Assembly (NCBI RefSeq): GCF_044704955.1
Contig: NC_092002.1
Location: 13,702,001-13,766,000 of the forward strand
Length of the DNA: 64,000 nucleotides
Direction of reading: 5' to 3'
From: Pristiophorus japonicus
Lineage: Eukaryota
Below the pieces are notes generated by a model that had not been told where the DNA came from, did not search any database, and saw nothing but the letters and a program-made list of their open reading frames with translations. Of this stretch, positions 26,286 through 38,350 are shown piece after piece. A program made the translations under genes and the position numbers. Position 1 is the first letter of the stretch. The number at the start of each line of letters is the position of its first letter.

Positions 26286-27329
26286 GCCTGGTAACAATTC
26301 ACAACACCACAGATAATGAAACATACAAGACCTGAACAACATTCAGGCTTGGGCTGCTAAGTGGCAAGTAACAGTCGCGCCACACAAGTGCTGCATAATG
26401 ACCATCTTTTTCAGACACACAAACACACGCGCACAAATTTCACACAACACTTCAAGTCCCTCCAGGGCCTCGCCCTACCCTATGTCAGCAACCCTACATC
26501 CCTCCGAGATTGTCCATCACATCCACCATCATGTTTGGGTCAAGATCTCTCATGGAACTGCCCATCATTTCCATCCCGGAAATCATGGGCTCCAAGCTCT
26601 GCGCAAAACCCCGGGCAATGTTGGAGCCGGACTCCTCCATGCTTCTTGACACTGACAAAAGGCTCTTTGGCAGGCTTGCCACTGCACCAAGCATTTCTGT
26701 GTGCATGCCCATCACCTTTCTTCTGAAGGCCACCCATTGAGGTCATTATCCGAGTCCTGTGGTGCAGAACTCGTGCGCAAACTCTATGCAAGAAGAACGA
26801 TTAGGTACAAGCATACCGTCGTCATCATCAGTGCTGTTTTCCAATTCTCCGTTCTCCACGGACTCTGTCCCTGCCCCTTCCATAATTTGGAACACTAATT
26901 CCTCCAGGTCAGTTAGGTCAACCCTCGCTCGGTTGCCTCCCGCCTGCTGTCCGCGGTTATCAGCCACCTTTACCTGTAAGAGAAAGGGAAGTGTGTCAGT
27001 GAGTGTAGGGCTATGCGTTTGGGTGATGCGCCTGCCATGGTTGAATAGCTGGCAGTCCGTGTGAAGTGTGAGATGTGGGGGTGAGTGTTGCAGCAGCGGT
27101 AATGTGAGGGTGATGTGAAGCCGTGAGGAGTGGGTGGTGACAGCGAGAGATTGTGGGTAGGTGAGTGAGGCTAGAGGTGCAGATGGTGGGATATGGCATT
27201 GGCAGAAGAACCAAAGGTGACTGGAGGGATTTTTTTTTTAATGCAGCGAGTGGTTAGGATTGGGACTGCACTGCTTGAGAGGGTGGTAAAAGCAGACTCG
27301 ATTGTGGCTTTCAAAAGGGAATTGGTTGG

Positions 27330-27595
27330 TACATAAGAAATAGGAGCAGGAGTAGGCCATTTGGTCCCTCGAGCCTGCTCCGCCATTCATTAAGATCATG
27401 GCTGATCTGATCATGGGCTCAGCTCCACTTCCCTGCCCGCTCCCCATAACCCTTCACTCCCTTATCGTTCAAAATTCTGTCCATCTCCGCCTTAAATATA
27501 TTCAATGACCCAGCCTCCACAGCTCTGGTGTAGAGAATTCCACAGATTTACATATCTCTGAGAAGAAATTCCTCCTCATCTCAGTTTTAAGTGGG
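27330..27595 (-). mobile_element. CR1 3'-end fragment in intron 1 of copy E
   Basis: acataagaaataggagcaggagtaggcc.. HER1-type tail. Confidence 0.8.
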
Positions 27596-27599
27596 GTAA

Positions 27600-27832
27600 T
27601 CCCACTTCTTCAAAATATTACCATGGGATCTTTTACATCCACTTTAGGGCAGACGGGGCCTCGGTTTAACGTCTCATCCGAAAGACGGCACAGCCTGCAG
27701 TCCAGCACTCCCTCAGGACTGGCACTGGGTGTGTCAGCATGGATTATTGTGCCCAAGTCTCTGGAGTGTGACTTGAACCCACAACCTACTGACTCAAGAG
27801 AGGAGAGTGCCACTCACTGAGCCACTGGCTGA
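27600..27832 (-). mobile_element. DeuSINE/SacSINE1-like SINE (tRNA-derived head)
   Basis: gcctcggtttaacgtctcatccgaaagacggca Deu-type core; minus-strand tggctcagtg A-box and gggttcaagtc B-box. Confidence 0.65.
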
Positions 27833-27970
27833 ATCCTGATGGAAATGTTTTTTGCAGGTTTACGGGAAAAGGGCGGTGCGGGCGGGGGAGTGGAACTAGC
27901 TGAAGCGCTCTTGCAGAGAGCCGGCATGGGCCCAGCAGGTCGTGGCCTCCTTCAGTGCTGTAATATTCTA

Positions 27971-28209
27971 AAAGTGGAGGAAGTGCATCCGGGAGAGCGC
28001 TGAGCACCTCGAGTCTCATCGCCGAGAGCATGCAGAAACCAAGCGCAGGCAGCGGAAGGAGCGTGCAGCAAACCATTCCCACCCACCGTCTGTCCCACCT
28101 GTGACAGAGACTGTAATTCCCGTATTGGACTGTTCAGTCACCTGAGAACTCACTTTTAGAGTGGAAGCAAGTCTTCCTCGATTCCAAGGGACTGCCTATG
28201 ATGATGATG
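27971..28209 (+). mobile_element. RTE-clade LINE 3' end with (ATG)n tail
   Basis: CPTCDRDCNSRIGLFSHLRTH zinc finger; gactgcctatgatgatgatg tail; flanking aat(c)attcta repeat. Confidence 0.78.
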
Positions 28210-28519
28210 AATCATTCTATGACATTTTGCTGAAGCCTTCACTCACCTTGACCAGTCGGCTGAGGTCATGAAATCTCTTCCGGCACTGGAGGGGCGTCCT
28301 GGGGATCACACTCGCCTCCGTGACAACTTTGGCTATCTCCTTCCAGACCCGCTTGCGCTGGCGGATTGAAGGCCTCTTGCCCCCTGGCGGGAATAGGATA
28401 TTTCGTCGTCGTTGGACCCCGTGGACCAGGGTCTCCAGGGTCCGATCCGAAAAGCGCTTCGCCTTTGACCGTTGGTGTCTCTCCATGCCTGTCAACAAAG
28501 CGCCTCGTCTTTTTTATGG

Positions 28520-29110
28520 AGAGCCTGGGCCTAACTTTCCAGGAATGGTAGACTGCACCCGATATTGGGCACCTCCCCACCCTTCCTCTCTTCCCCTGAG
28601 AGATCAGCGCTGCAATCGTGTGAACAAGCGCCAGAAATCCGTGCAGGTTGCACCACTCCAACAGGCGAATACCGGCGGTCGCTGCCCTCGCCGGTTTGCG
28701 GCCTTAGTCAACGTCCGTCGCAAAGGCGGACACTGCGCAGGCGCCGGGGTGGGCGGGGCTTCCCATCCATCTGATTAACAGTTTGCGTCATGGCGCCACA
28801 ACGTCGGGTCCAGACTGGGAGTTTGCGCAGAGGCATCTGGCCACCGGAGGGGTTTGTGCGCGATGACGTGTCAAACTCCCCGCTCCCTTGCGCACTGACG
28901 TTCAGACGGAAAACAAGATGGTGGTGAGGTGGTGGCGACCGTGGTGGCGGAGCCCGGCAAATGGAGGCTGAGTGTCGCCGGGGTAGGTCCGTCGGTCGCC
29001 GTGTGAGCCGGAGCGGCGGGGAATCCGGGGCCGCAACTATAGCGACCGCGGCCTAGGCCGCAGCAGCGTGGACCCTGGGCCGCGCTGACCCGGCTCTCGC
29101 CGTCCCCTGA
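28520..29110. promoter_or_regulatory. CpG-rich promoter copy 2 with an internally deleted signal-peptide exon
   Basis: tgcgcaggcgc, gggcgggg and tgacgt motifs; aagATGg at 28918; EPGKWRLSVAG followed by gtaggt at 28983. Confidence 0.65.
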
Positions 29111-29187
29111 TAGCCGCGGCCCGGTTGGTGCTGTCAGCTCATAGCGAGTGCGAATTACAGAGGTATGCGGTACAGAAACAGGCCATT

Positions 29188-29765
29188 CAGCCAGTGGCTC
29201 AGCGGGCGGCACTCATCTGAGTCACAAGGTTGTGGGGAGAGACTTGAAAAAAGACTTGCATTTATATAGCGCCTTTCAAGACCACTTGATGTTCCAAAGA
29301 GCTTTACAGCCAATGAAGTACTTGAGCACAAAAATCTAGGCTGACACAGTGCTGAGGGAACGCTACACTGTCTGAGGTGCTGCCTTCCGGATGAGACGTT
29401 AAACTGAGGCTCCGTCTGCACTCTCAGGTGGATGTTAAAAATCCCATAGCACTATTTTGAAGAAGTGGGATTAGGATGAATAGTTCTTTGTTGGCCAGCG
29501 TGGACACGATGGGCTGATATGGGCTCCTTCCATACTGTAAATTGCTATGATTCTATGAAGAACAGGGGAGTTATCCCTGGTGTGCTGGCCAATATTTATC
29601 CCGCAACCAACATCGCTAAACAACATTATCTGGCCATTATCACATTGCTGTTTGTGTAATTTCCTACATTACAACAGTGATTACACTTTGAAAAGTATTT
29701 CATTGGTTATAAAGCACGTTGGGGCATCCAGTGGTCACAAAAGACGCTCTATAAATGCAAGACTT
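29188..29765 (+). mobile_element. DeuSINE-like SINE with small internal insertions
   Basis: cagccagtggctcagc head, gatgagacgttaaac core, ttgctgtttgtg..cctacattacaacagtga tail. Confidence 0.6.
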
Positions 29766-31097
29766 TTTTTTCTTTTATTCGGCCCAACCCGGCACTTATG
29801 CTCCCCTCGAGCCTCCTCCCATTCTTTCTTATCTAACCCCATCAGCATAACCCTCTCTTCCCCTTTTCATTCGTGCTTATCTGGCCTCCCCCCAACCCCC
29901 ATGCATTTTTACTCTTTGCCTCAACCACTCCCTGAGCCCAGAGGGGGAACCAGCTCTGTCACAGGCCAGGTAGCACAGAGAGGGCAATTGCAGCCTTTTC
30001 ACAGACAAGAACCATATCTTCAACCCTCCTTTTCCCCCCAACAGACTTGCTTTGCCTGTCAGTTGCTTTCACCACCTTCATTCATTTCTATGGAGTAGCA
30101 AACCATACCATTCAGCAAAACTAAAACCACCTTGGTTGGCTGCCATCAGCACCTCGATTATTTTGGTGCTAACTCCCATCAGTCTCTATGGCTGCTTGTT
30201 CGGGTTAAATCCAGTGGTGTGCAACCTCTAGGGAATAAGATTAATACTTGGAAGGAGAAAAAATTCCAGGGCAATTGGGAAAGAGTGGGGGAGTGAGACT
30301 AACTAGATTGTTCTTCGAAAGAGCCGGCACAGACTCGATGGGCTGAATGTCCTACTTCTGTGTTGTAATATTGTATGATTTACCTTTCTCCAATCCGCAC
30401 CACTCATTGCCTGTCCCATGCACTCTCATGAGCTCATGATAGTGGAATGATTTCAAACACAAGTTTCAAATGTTAGGACGTACTGCAAGTAAGAAAGGGA
30501 TTGCATTCATCGTGTATTATCACATTCTTGGGTTGTCTGAATGCACAGCACTTCGAATCAGTTACTTTTTGATATGTATTATGTAGCTGAACGTGGCAAT
30601 CTGCAGACAGCAAAGTACCAAAGGCACCAAATCGTCTGATCTGTTTTGGGGGAGCTCCCCTGCCTCTCTTCAAATTGTGACATAGGCTCTTTCATGTCCA
30701 CCTGAAGCAGCAGATGAGGTTTAATCTCCTGAAAGCTGGCATCTCTGACTCTGCAGCACTCACTAAGCATCTGCAGCCTCTAATTCAGAAACAGGTATTA
30801 CCAACTGAGCCAAACTGAGCAATATAGGAACAGGAGTGGGCCATTCAGCCCCTTGATCCTGTTTTGCCATACAATTAGATGATGGCTAAGTATGGCTAAA
30901 TATGTATTGGGGTCCAGTTACATCCAGTTTCAGGCCAGTATCTGTAGACTGCAATGTAGAGCCATCTGATCTGAATGACATGATGTATTTATGCTCAGAG
31001 CACTCTGTTCAGCAGCAGGTTAAAGTTGAAAGAGCTGATGCAACCACAGTTAACATTAATTACATTTAACTTTGAAAATGTCCTGAATAGTACCACT

Positions 31098-31200
31098 CTT
31101 TCTCTCGGACCCCCCCCCTTTCTCTCGGACTCCCCCCCCCCCCCCCTTTCTCTCGGACTCCCCCCCCCCCCCCCTTTCTCTCGGACCCCCCCCTTTCTCT
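31098..31200. repeat. C-rich tandem repeat (ctttctctcggac-polyC) x4
   Basis: Directly visible. Confidence 0.9.
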
Positions 31201-31786
31201 AGAGCTGGAAAGTGGGATTAGGCTGGATAGCCTCTTGTTGGCCGGCGCGGACACGATGGGCCGAAATGGGCTGTAAACGTCTAAGATTCTAAGATAGTGT
31301 ATATTACCTGGGCAAGTAGTTCCCTCAGTTACTCGCAATTAAAAATGGTAGTCGTACACAAGTCAGAATCTGATTCTTCTGACTCTCCATGTAGGAAGGG
31401 ACAGTATCGAGAAGGTGCTTCAGCATGGCCAGTGGCCCAAGTTGAACTTGGTCATTGTCAACTGCCAGTTGCATCTGAAGGAACTCTAGTATCTGGCTTG
31501 TAAAGGCCGCAGCTAGAATTCTGAAGCAGCAAAGGATTTCATTTAGCTGCTTCTCAGAAAAGAGGGTTACTTGATTGTTCCATCACAATACGAGATCTGC
31601 TTATGTAAATTGATCAACAAACTCTGCAGTTGTGTCACCAGTACTTCACTGTCCCTCTCTATGGCAGTGCGGATTGCACTGTGCAGACACTGAGTGACAC
31701 AAAGATCGTGAGAGGTTTCCTGGTACATGGAGAGAATGGTTGGAATTAAGTTGGGAAGCTCTTTGTCCAGTTTGTCATCGAGGAGT

Positions 31787-33682
31787 ACATAGAAAATAGG
31801 AGCAGTAGTAGGCCATTCAGCCCTTTGAGTCTGCACCGCCATTCAATATGATCATGGCTGATCCTCTATCTACACCATATTCCCGCTTTTTCCCCATACC
31901 CCTTGATGTCTTTTGTTTCTAGAAATCTATCTTATCTCCCTCTTAAATACTTGGACTTATCCGCGCTACTGCTTCTATTACTGCTGGGTTCACCTTGGGC
32001 TCTTTCATGGACAGCCTTGAATTCAAAAGCAGATTGTAAGCCACAGAAATCTCAAGTAGGTCCTTTGCAGTCAGAATCAGGTGAATTTATAATGGGGAAC
32101 AAAGAAATGGCAGACCAATTGAACAAATACTTTGGATCTGTCTTCACTAAGGAAGACACAAATAACTTTCCGGAAATACTAGGGGTTAGATGGTCTAGCG
32201 AAAAGGAGGAACTGAAGGAAATCCTTATTAGTCAGGAAATTGTGTTAGGGAAATTGATGGGATTAAAGGCCGATAAATCCCCAGGGCCTGATAGTCTGCA
32301 TCCCAGAGTACTTAAGGACATGGCTCTAGAAATAGTGGATGCATTGGTGATCATTTTCCTACATTCTACTGTAAGCACCAAAAACTAATTGCTGTAAGCA
32401 CAAGTGAGTTAAGTGGAACATTGTGAAAGGGAAATCATGCTTGACAAATCTTCTAGAATTTTTTGAGGATGTAACTAGTGGATGTGGTGTATTTGGACTT
32501 TCAAAAGGCTTTTGACAAGGTCCCACACAAGTGATTAGTGTGCAAAATTAAAGCACATGGTATTGGGGGTAATGTATTGACGTGGATAGAAAACTCGTTG
32601 GCAGACAGGAAGCAGAGAGTCGGAATAAACGGGTCCTTTTCAGAATGACAGGCAGTGACCAGTGGAATGCCGCAGGGTTCAGTGCTGGGACTCCAGCTAT
32701 TTACAATATACATCAATGATTTAGATGAAGGAATTGAATGTAATATCTCCAAGTTTGTAGATGACATTAAGCTGGCAGTGTGAGCTGTGAGGAGGATGCT
32801 AAGAGGCTGCAGGGTGGCTTGGACAGGTTAGATGAGTGGGCAAATGCATGGCAGATGCAGTATAATATGGATAAATGTGAGGTTATCCACTTTGGTGGCA
32901 AAAACAGGAAGGCAGAATATTATCTGAATGGTGACAGATTAGGAAAAGGGGAGGTGCAATGAGACCTGGGTGTCATGGTACATCAGTCATTGAAGGTTGG
33001 CATGCAGGTACAGCAGGCGGTGAAGAAGGCAAATAGCATGTTAGCCTTCATAGCGAGAGGATTTGAGTATAGGAGCAGGGAGGTCTTACTGCAGTTGTAC
33101 AGAGCCTTGCTGAGGCCACACCTGGAATATTGTGTTCAGTTTTGGTCTCCTAATCTGAGGAAGGACATTCTTGCTATTGAGGGAGTACAACGAAGGTTCA
33201 CCAGACTAATTCTCGGGATGGCAGGACTGACATATGAGGAGAGACTGGATCAAATGGGCTTGTATCCACTGGAATTTAGAAGAATGAGAGGGGATCTCAT
33301 AGAAACATATAAAATTCTGACGGGATTGGACAGTTTAGAAGCAGGAAGAATGTTCCCGTTGCTGGGGAGTACCAGAACCAGGGGTCACAGTCTAAGAATA
33401 AGGGGTAGGCCATTTAGGACCGGGATGAGGAGAAACTTCTTCACTCAGAGAGTGGTGAACCTGTGGAATTCTCTACCACAGAAAGTTGATGTCAGTTCGT
33501 TAGATATATTCAAAAGGGAGTTAGATATGGCCCTTATGGCCCAAGGGATCAAGGGGTATGGAGAGAAAGCAGGAAAGGGGTACTGAGGTTGAATGATCAG
33601 CCATGATCTTATTGAATGGCGGTGCAGGCTCCAGGGGCCGAATGGCCTGCTCCTGCACCTAATTTCTATGTTTTTATGTTTC
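31787..33682 (+). mobile_element. CR1 LINE (about 32030-33682, +) preceded by an inverted CR1 3' tail (about 31787-31955, -)
   Basis: ORFs 31903-32388, 32780-32962 and 32975-33586. Confidence 0.9.
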
Positions 33683-34113
33683 AAAGAACATCATCTTTAG
33701 TTTAGGTTTTCTGGTCCCCTCTGTGTTTGACAAGTATTTTAGAATCCTCTCACTAAAATGTCCCAATACAAGAGTCCACTTCATTTCCCCATCGGTTACT
33801 CTATATCCAGCATGGGGAGCATGTTTTTTAAGACAGGCTTGCCAGTGTCAGCATGCAGAAATGTGCTTGGGTCATGGTTGGCACACTGACTCTATGTGCT
33901 TGAAAATTTCAGTGGGAAACCTGGCACCCAGACTAAGCAGGAGGCAACTTGCCGCTTCTTGATGTTCAACATGCTCTGATCTGGTCATGTCCATCAAGCC
34001 AAGTTGGTCAGTTTTTTAGCCAGCTGTTTGCGTAAATGTTCAAGGTTATCCTTTATCACCAGCGTCATCGCCGTTAGTAAGTACCACCAGCAACTTGGTT
34101 TTGGTCAGATCCT

Positions 34114-34445
34114 ACATAGAAACATAGAAAATAGGTGCAGGAGTAGGCCATTCGGCCCTTCTAGTCTGCACCGCCATTCAATGAGTTCATGGCTGAACAT
34201 GCAACTTCAGTACCCCATTCCTGCTTTCTCGCCATACCCCTTGATCCCCCTAGTAGTAAGGACTTCATCTAACTCCTTTTTGAATATATTTAGTGAATTG
34301 GCCTCAACAACTTTCTGTGGCAGAGAATTCCACAGGTTCACCACTCTCTGGGTGAAGAAGTTTCTCCTCATCTCGGTCCTAAATGGCTTACCCTTTATCC
34401 TTAGACTGTGTCCCCTGGTTCTGGACTTCCTCAACATTGGGAACA
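34114..34445 (-). mobile_element. Young CR1 3' fragment
   Basis: Nearly identical to 10650-10980 and to the complement of 42100-42420. Confidence 0.9.
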
Positions 34446-34645
34446 ACAAAACACAAGTACATATTTATGATTGATCCTTCCCAGTTCTTGCAGTGACTCA
34501 GTTATTCTAATTTGAACAAATTTATCATCAGAAAGCAAATTGATATTCATGTTCATTGAACGTTTTATTCTGTTCGTCACCATTTTGCTGGAATTCAATC
34601 ACTTCTCTTGTATCAGACAATGTGCCCTAGTGATAAACACACTGT

Positions 34646-35025
34646 GTCATCATCATTACAGGCGGTCCCTCGAACGAGGATGACTTGTTTCACAATGAAG
34701 GACCCGATGTTCCAATTCTGAACTCCAGTTGAGGGGGTGGAAGATGCCTGTGAGTGAATTTTTTTAACGTGTGGTGACCGTTGTACATCAGCCACCACAC
34801 AGGCTTGACAGAGCTAGGCCTTTATCCAGTGGCAAGGATTAATCAGGATGACTGGAGACCTGCTCTGCTGCACGGACATATCGCACTGTGGGCAGGTCCG
34901 TGCTGCCCCTGGGCCGTTGGCTCTTCTGGGGCCCGTACCCTCATTCGCCGCACCTCCGCCACGATGTTTCAGGGCCCGGCACTCCAGCTCTATTTATAGC
35001 CCTGACCTGCGGTGGTGTTCTCACG
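34646..35025 (-). mobile_element. RTE-related non-autonomous element; relative at about 48510-49110 (+)
   Basis: catcatcat tail and shared internal sequence (ggcttgacagagctagg..gtggcaaggattaa). Confidence 0.65.
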
Positions 35026-35744
35026 GGCTAAATGTGCAACAACACAGAGCTCTCTGCTTTTACTCACGGATGATCACAAGTATTGCTGATATGTTGTCGA
35101 TTTGATATTTCGACGTTTATTTGTCTCCACCCTAACACGGGCTCTTTCCTGTGAATGGATGTTTTCACACATCGGGATGTCTGTCCTATGCAGACGTTTC
35201 CTTATAGATTCGTAATTCGATGGTCTTTAATTAGTTAAATGTTTTAAAGCATTTGGTTGGTTGCTTTAAAAAACTTCTTTTGAAAACTTGCTCACTCTTC
35301 CTCGTGGTCAGACACAAAGTTTAACTGCTGGATGACCAAGCAGCTGACAGCTTTATTTGAAAAAGGCGCTGTCATTATTTCCTGCTTTTGTGAAGTCACG
35401 AATTTCATTGTGACATCTTGTGGCTTGAGCTGTCACATGACCTGCCAGGTGATGACCTCTCTGGTGAGGGTGACCTCAAAATTAATTGATAAACTGCTTT
35501 TAAAATTATTTTTCGGAAAGCTAATAATACAGATTTAAGTGTAGATTGTATGAATTGGTTTTCCTGACGGGGTGCACTGACCCTCCAAGCCTCAGATTCT
35601 CATTGTGTGCTCCCAATGGGTGAAGCTCAGCTATGGGAGTCTGAGCTCGTAATGTCTCCCTTATACAGCATCATGGGATTCAGGTCCAATAATTAATTGT
35701 GAGTACATGGATTGCAGTCAGGTGTATCAGTAATACCAGGGCAT

Positions 35745-37010
35745 CATTTCGCCCCTGCCACAATACCAAAACTGCTCTCGTCAAAGTCACAAATTACGTC
35801 CTCTGTGACTGTATGCAGCCTTTGATACAGTTGACCACTCCATCCTCCAACAACGCCTCTCCACCATCGTCCAGCTGGGTGGGACTGCACTCGCCTGGTT
35901 CCATTCTTATCCATCTAATCGTAGCCAGAAAATTTCCAGTAATGGCTTCTCTTTCCACTCCCGCATCGTTACCTCTTGTGTCCCCCAAGGATCTGTCCTT
36001 GGTCTCCTTTTATTTCTCATCTATATGCTGCCCCTTGGCGACATCATCCGAAAATACGGAGTCAGTTTCCACATGTACGCTGATGACACCTGACTCTACT
36101 TCTCCATGACTTCTCTCGACCCCTGCTTGGTATCTAAATTGTCAGATTGCTTGTCCGACATCCAGTACTGGATGAGCAGAAATTTTCTCCAATTATATAT
36201 TGGGAAGACCGAAGCCATCATCTTTGGTCCCTGCCGCAAACTGCGTTCCCTAACCACTGACTCCATCCCTCTCTCTAGCATCAATCTGAGGGAGAACAAG
36301 ACTGTTCGCAACCTAGGTGTCATATTTGACCATGTAATGAGTTTCCAGCCACATCCGTGGCATAACTAAAACCGCCTTTTTCCACCTCCGTAACATTGCC
36401 TGCCTCTGCCTCAGCTCTTCTGCTGAAACCCTCATTCATGCCTTTGTTACCTCTAGACTTGACTACTCCAACTCATTCCTGGCCAGCCTTCCACATTCCA
36501 CACTACGTAAACTTGAGGTCATCCAAAACTCAGCAGCCCGTGTACTAACCCGCACCAAGTCAAGGTCACCCATCACCCCTGTGCTTTCTGACCTACATTG
36601 GCTCCCAGTTAAACAACGTCTCGATTTCAAAATTCTCATCCTTGTTTACAAATCACTCCATGGCCTTGCCCCTCCCTATCTCTCTAATCTTTTTCAGCCT
36701 CACAACCCCACAAGATGTCTGCGCTCCTCAAATTCTGGCCTCTTGAACATCCCTCATTATAACTGCTCAACCATCGGTGGCCATGCCTTCAGCTGCCTGG
36801 GCCCCAAGCTCTGGAACTCCTTCCCTAAACCTCTCCGCCTCTCTACCTCTTTCCTCCTTTAAGATGCTCATTAAAACCTACCTCTTTGAACAAGCTTTTG
36901 ATCATCTGCCTTAATGTGGCTCAGTATCAAATTTATCTGTCTGTAACACTGTAGTGAAGCGACTTGGGACGTTTTACTACATTGAAGGCGCTATTAAATT
37001 AAGTTATTAT
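35745..37010 (+). mobile_element. L2-clade LINE RT/3' end
   Basis: [38 protein letters not shown]. Confidence 0.85.
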
Positions 37011-37044
37011 TTCCTTTGCAGAATGACTACTGACAACGCGGCCG

Positions 37045-37190
37045 ACCTGCATCATCGGTAACAACTGATGGCTTCACAACGAGCACCGATGACATCACAA
37101 TAAGCTCCGGTTATGTCACAATGAGCTCCGATGATGTCATAATGACTATTGATATAGCAGCCGGCTCTGCATTGTGCTATTGACATCGCA
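37045..37190. repeat. Degenerate tandem of about 21-bp units with TGACATCA/TGATGTCA cores
   Basis: gatggcttcacaacgagcacc / gatgacatcacaataagctcc / ggttatgtcacaatgagctcc / gatgatgtcataatga. Confidence 0.7.
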
Positions 37191-37224
37191 TGATTTGGGG
37201 TTTAGGGTTTAAAAACTCTCTCCC

Positions 37225-38350
37225 AATTCACTTACAACGGCACTTTCAAAATCCCAACTGTCTAGCCTTTGGCCATCCATTCACCACGACATTTCTGCAG
37301 CTACCGATCTGCTCATCCACACTCTCACCTTTGATGCTCTAGTCCCCATTAAAAGCATTACTCTTTCCTACCCTGGCCGTTCCCCTCCCCCCCCCCCCCC
37401 ACCCGGTATGGCCCTCATCTCTGTTCCCTTAAGTCCAAGGGACGCAGACTTGAACAGATATGGCGAGCAACTGATTTAGCCTTTCACTGCCAGATCTGAC
37501 TAGACCAATAAAACACTATCGGGTCCTGCTTCCATCTGCCAAAACTTCTCACTTCACTCAAAATCATTCTGGAATGCAAAGTGTTATGTAATGATCTGTG
37601 TATCGTCCCAGTACCTTAAATGTAATGTAAGCACTATGCCACACCACAGAGGGCGCTGTGGTGGGAAACCTGGTAGTACCTGCAACAGGTGCTATATAAG
37701 GCTGACCACCACACCTGAGAGGCACTCTGGAGCTGAACAATAAAGGACGAAGGTCACAGCAGTTAGATTTACATCAGACCGTGTGGAGTCAGTGATTTGT
37801 GTGCTACATACACCACACAAAGATAATCCCAGACTTATTTTCGCCACTGCAAATTGTTGTCTCCCCCACCCTCACCTCCAGTAACAACCGCGAGGGGCTC
37901 TTGGACGTCTGTTTCTAACATTAAGACCATTCAATCAGCTGCCTCAGCCACTTACCCCTCCTTGAACTCGCATCTTTCTCCAATTTCTCTCTCATTTCCC
38001 CTCATGCCCTCTCCGAGCTCATCTTGTCCGTGAGCCCCACTTCCTGTTCCCTCGATCCTTTTCCCACTAAACTGCTGACCACCTAATGTCCATTCCTGGC
38101 TCCCATGTTAGCTGATATTGTAAACGGGTCTTTCTCCTCAACGACTGTCCCCCTCTCCTTCAAATCTGTCTTCCCCTCTTTTTTAAAAACCCACCCTTGA
38201 TCCCCTACATCCTTGCAAACTACCACCTCATCTCCAATCTTCCTTTCCTCTCCAAAGTTCTTGAACGCGTTGTTGCCTCCAAAATCCATGCCCATCTTTC
38301 CCGGAACTCCATGTTTGAATCTCTCCAATCAGGCTTCCGCCACTGCCACA
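37225..38350 (+). mobile_element. L2 LINE internal fragment
   Basis: LANYHLISNLPFLSKVLERVVA..FESLQSGFR. Confidence 0.75.
37582..37817 (+). mobile_element. Solo LTR (236 bp, probably Gypsy-type)
   Basis: TG...CA termini; 5-bp TSD caaag at 37577-37581 and 37818-37822; TATATAA and AATAAA inside. Confidence 0.8.

Larger units (their letters stand above)
26494..28486 (-). pseudogene. Myb/SANT-like gene copy E; exon 3 acceptor and 5' half deleted
   Basis: Exon 1 28486-28247 intact; exon 2 26973-26817; deletion junction at about 26785-26790; second deletion at about 26510. Confidence 0.78.
16060..29150. repeat. Segmental amplicon unit 2 (paralogous to 29950-50770; unit 1 ends at about 10500; unit 4 starts at about 52470)
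   Basis: Collinear shared blocks: 16060-16820, 29950-31085 and 52470-53400; 17940-19410 and 38355-39655; 19540-20910 and 42420-45270; 21500-22600 and 45270-46390. Confidence 0.85.
31296..34583 (-). pseudogene. MROH1: MROH1-like N-terminal region, intronless, split by CR1 insertions
   Basis: ATG at 34583 (MVTNRIKRSM..DKFVQIRITESLQELG); 34110-33690 (LTAMTLVIKDN..QEAASCLLLSLG..LTLASL..MLPML..HFSERILKYL); 31790-31296 (KLDKELPNLIPTILSMY..LHKQI..EILCCFRILA..VRLPF..AQVI); all collinear with remembered MROH1; several frameshifts. Confidence 0.72.

Noticed and set aside
27780-27832. tRNA genes (also about 29190 and about 56105)
   Set aside because: A/B-box-like heads continue into SINE bodies; no cloverleaf or terminator.
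37045-37190. CRISPR-like repeat array (also 63400-63740)
   Set aside because: Degenerate tandem units without unique spacers; eukaryotic context; no cas genes.
37194-37212. Interstitial telomeric repeat
   Set aside because: Only one perfect TTAGGG unit.
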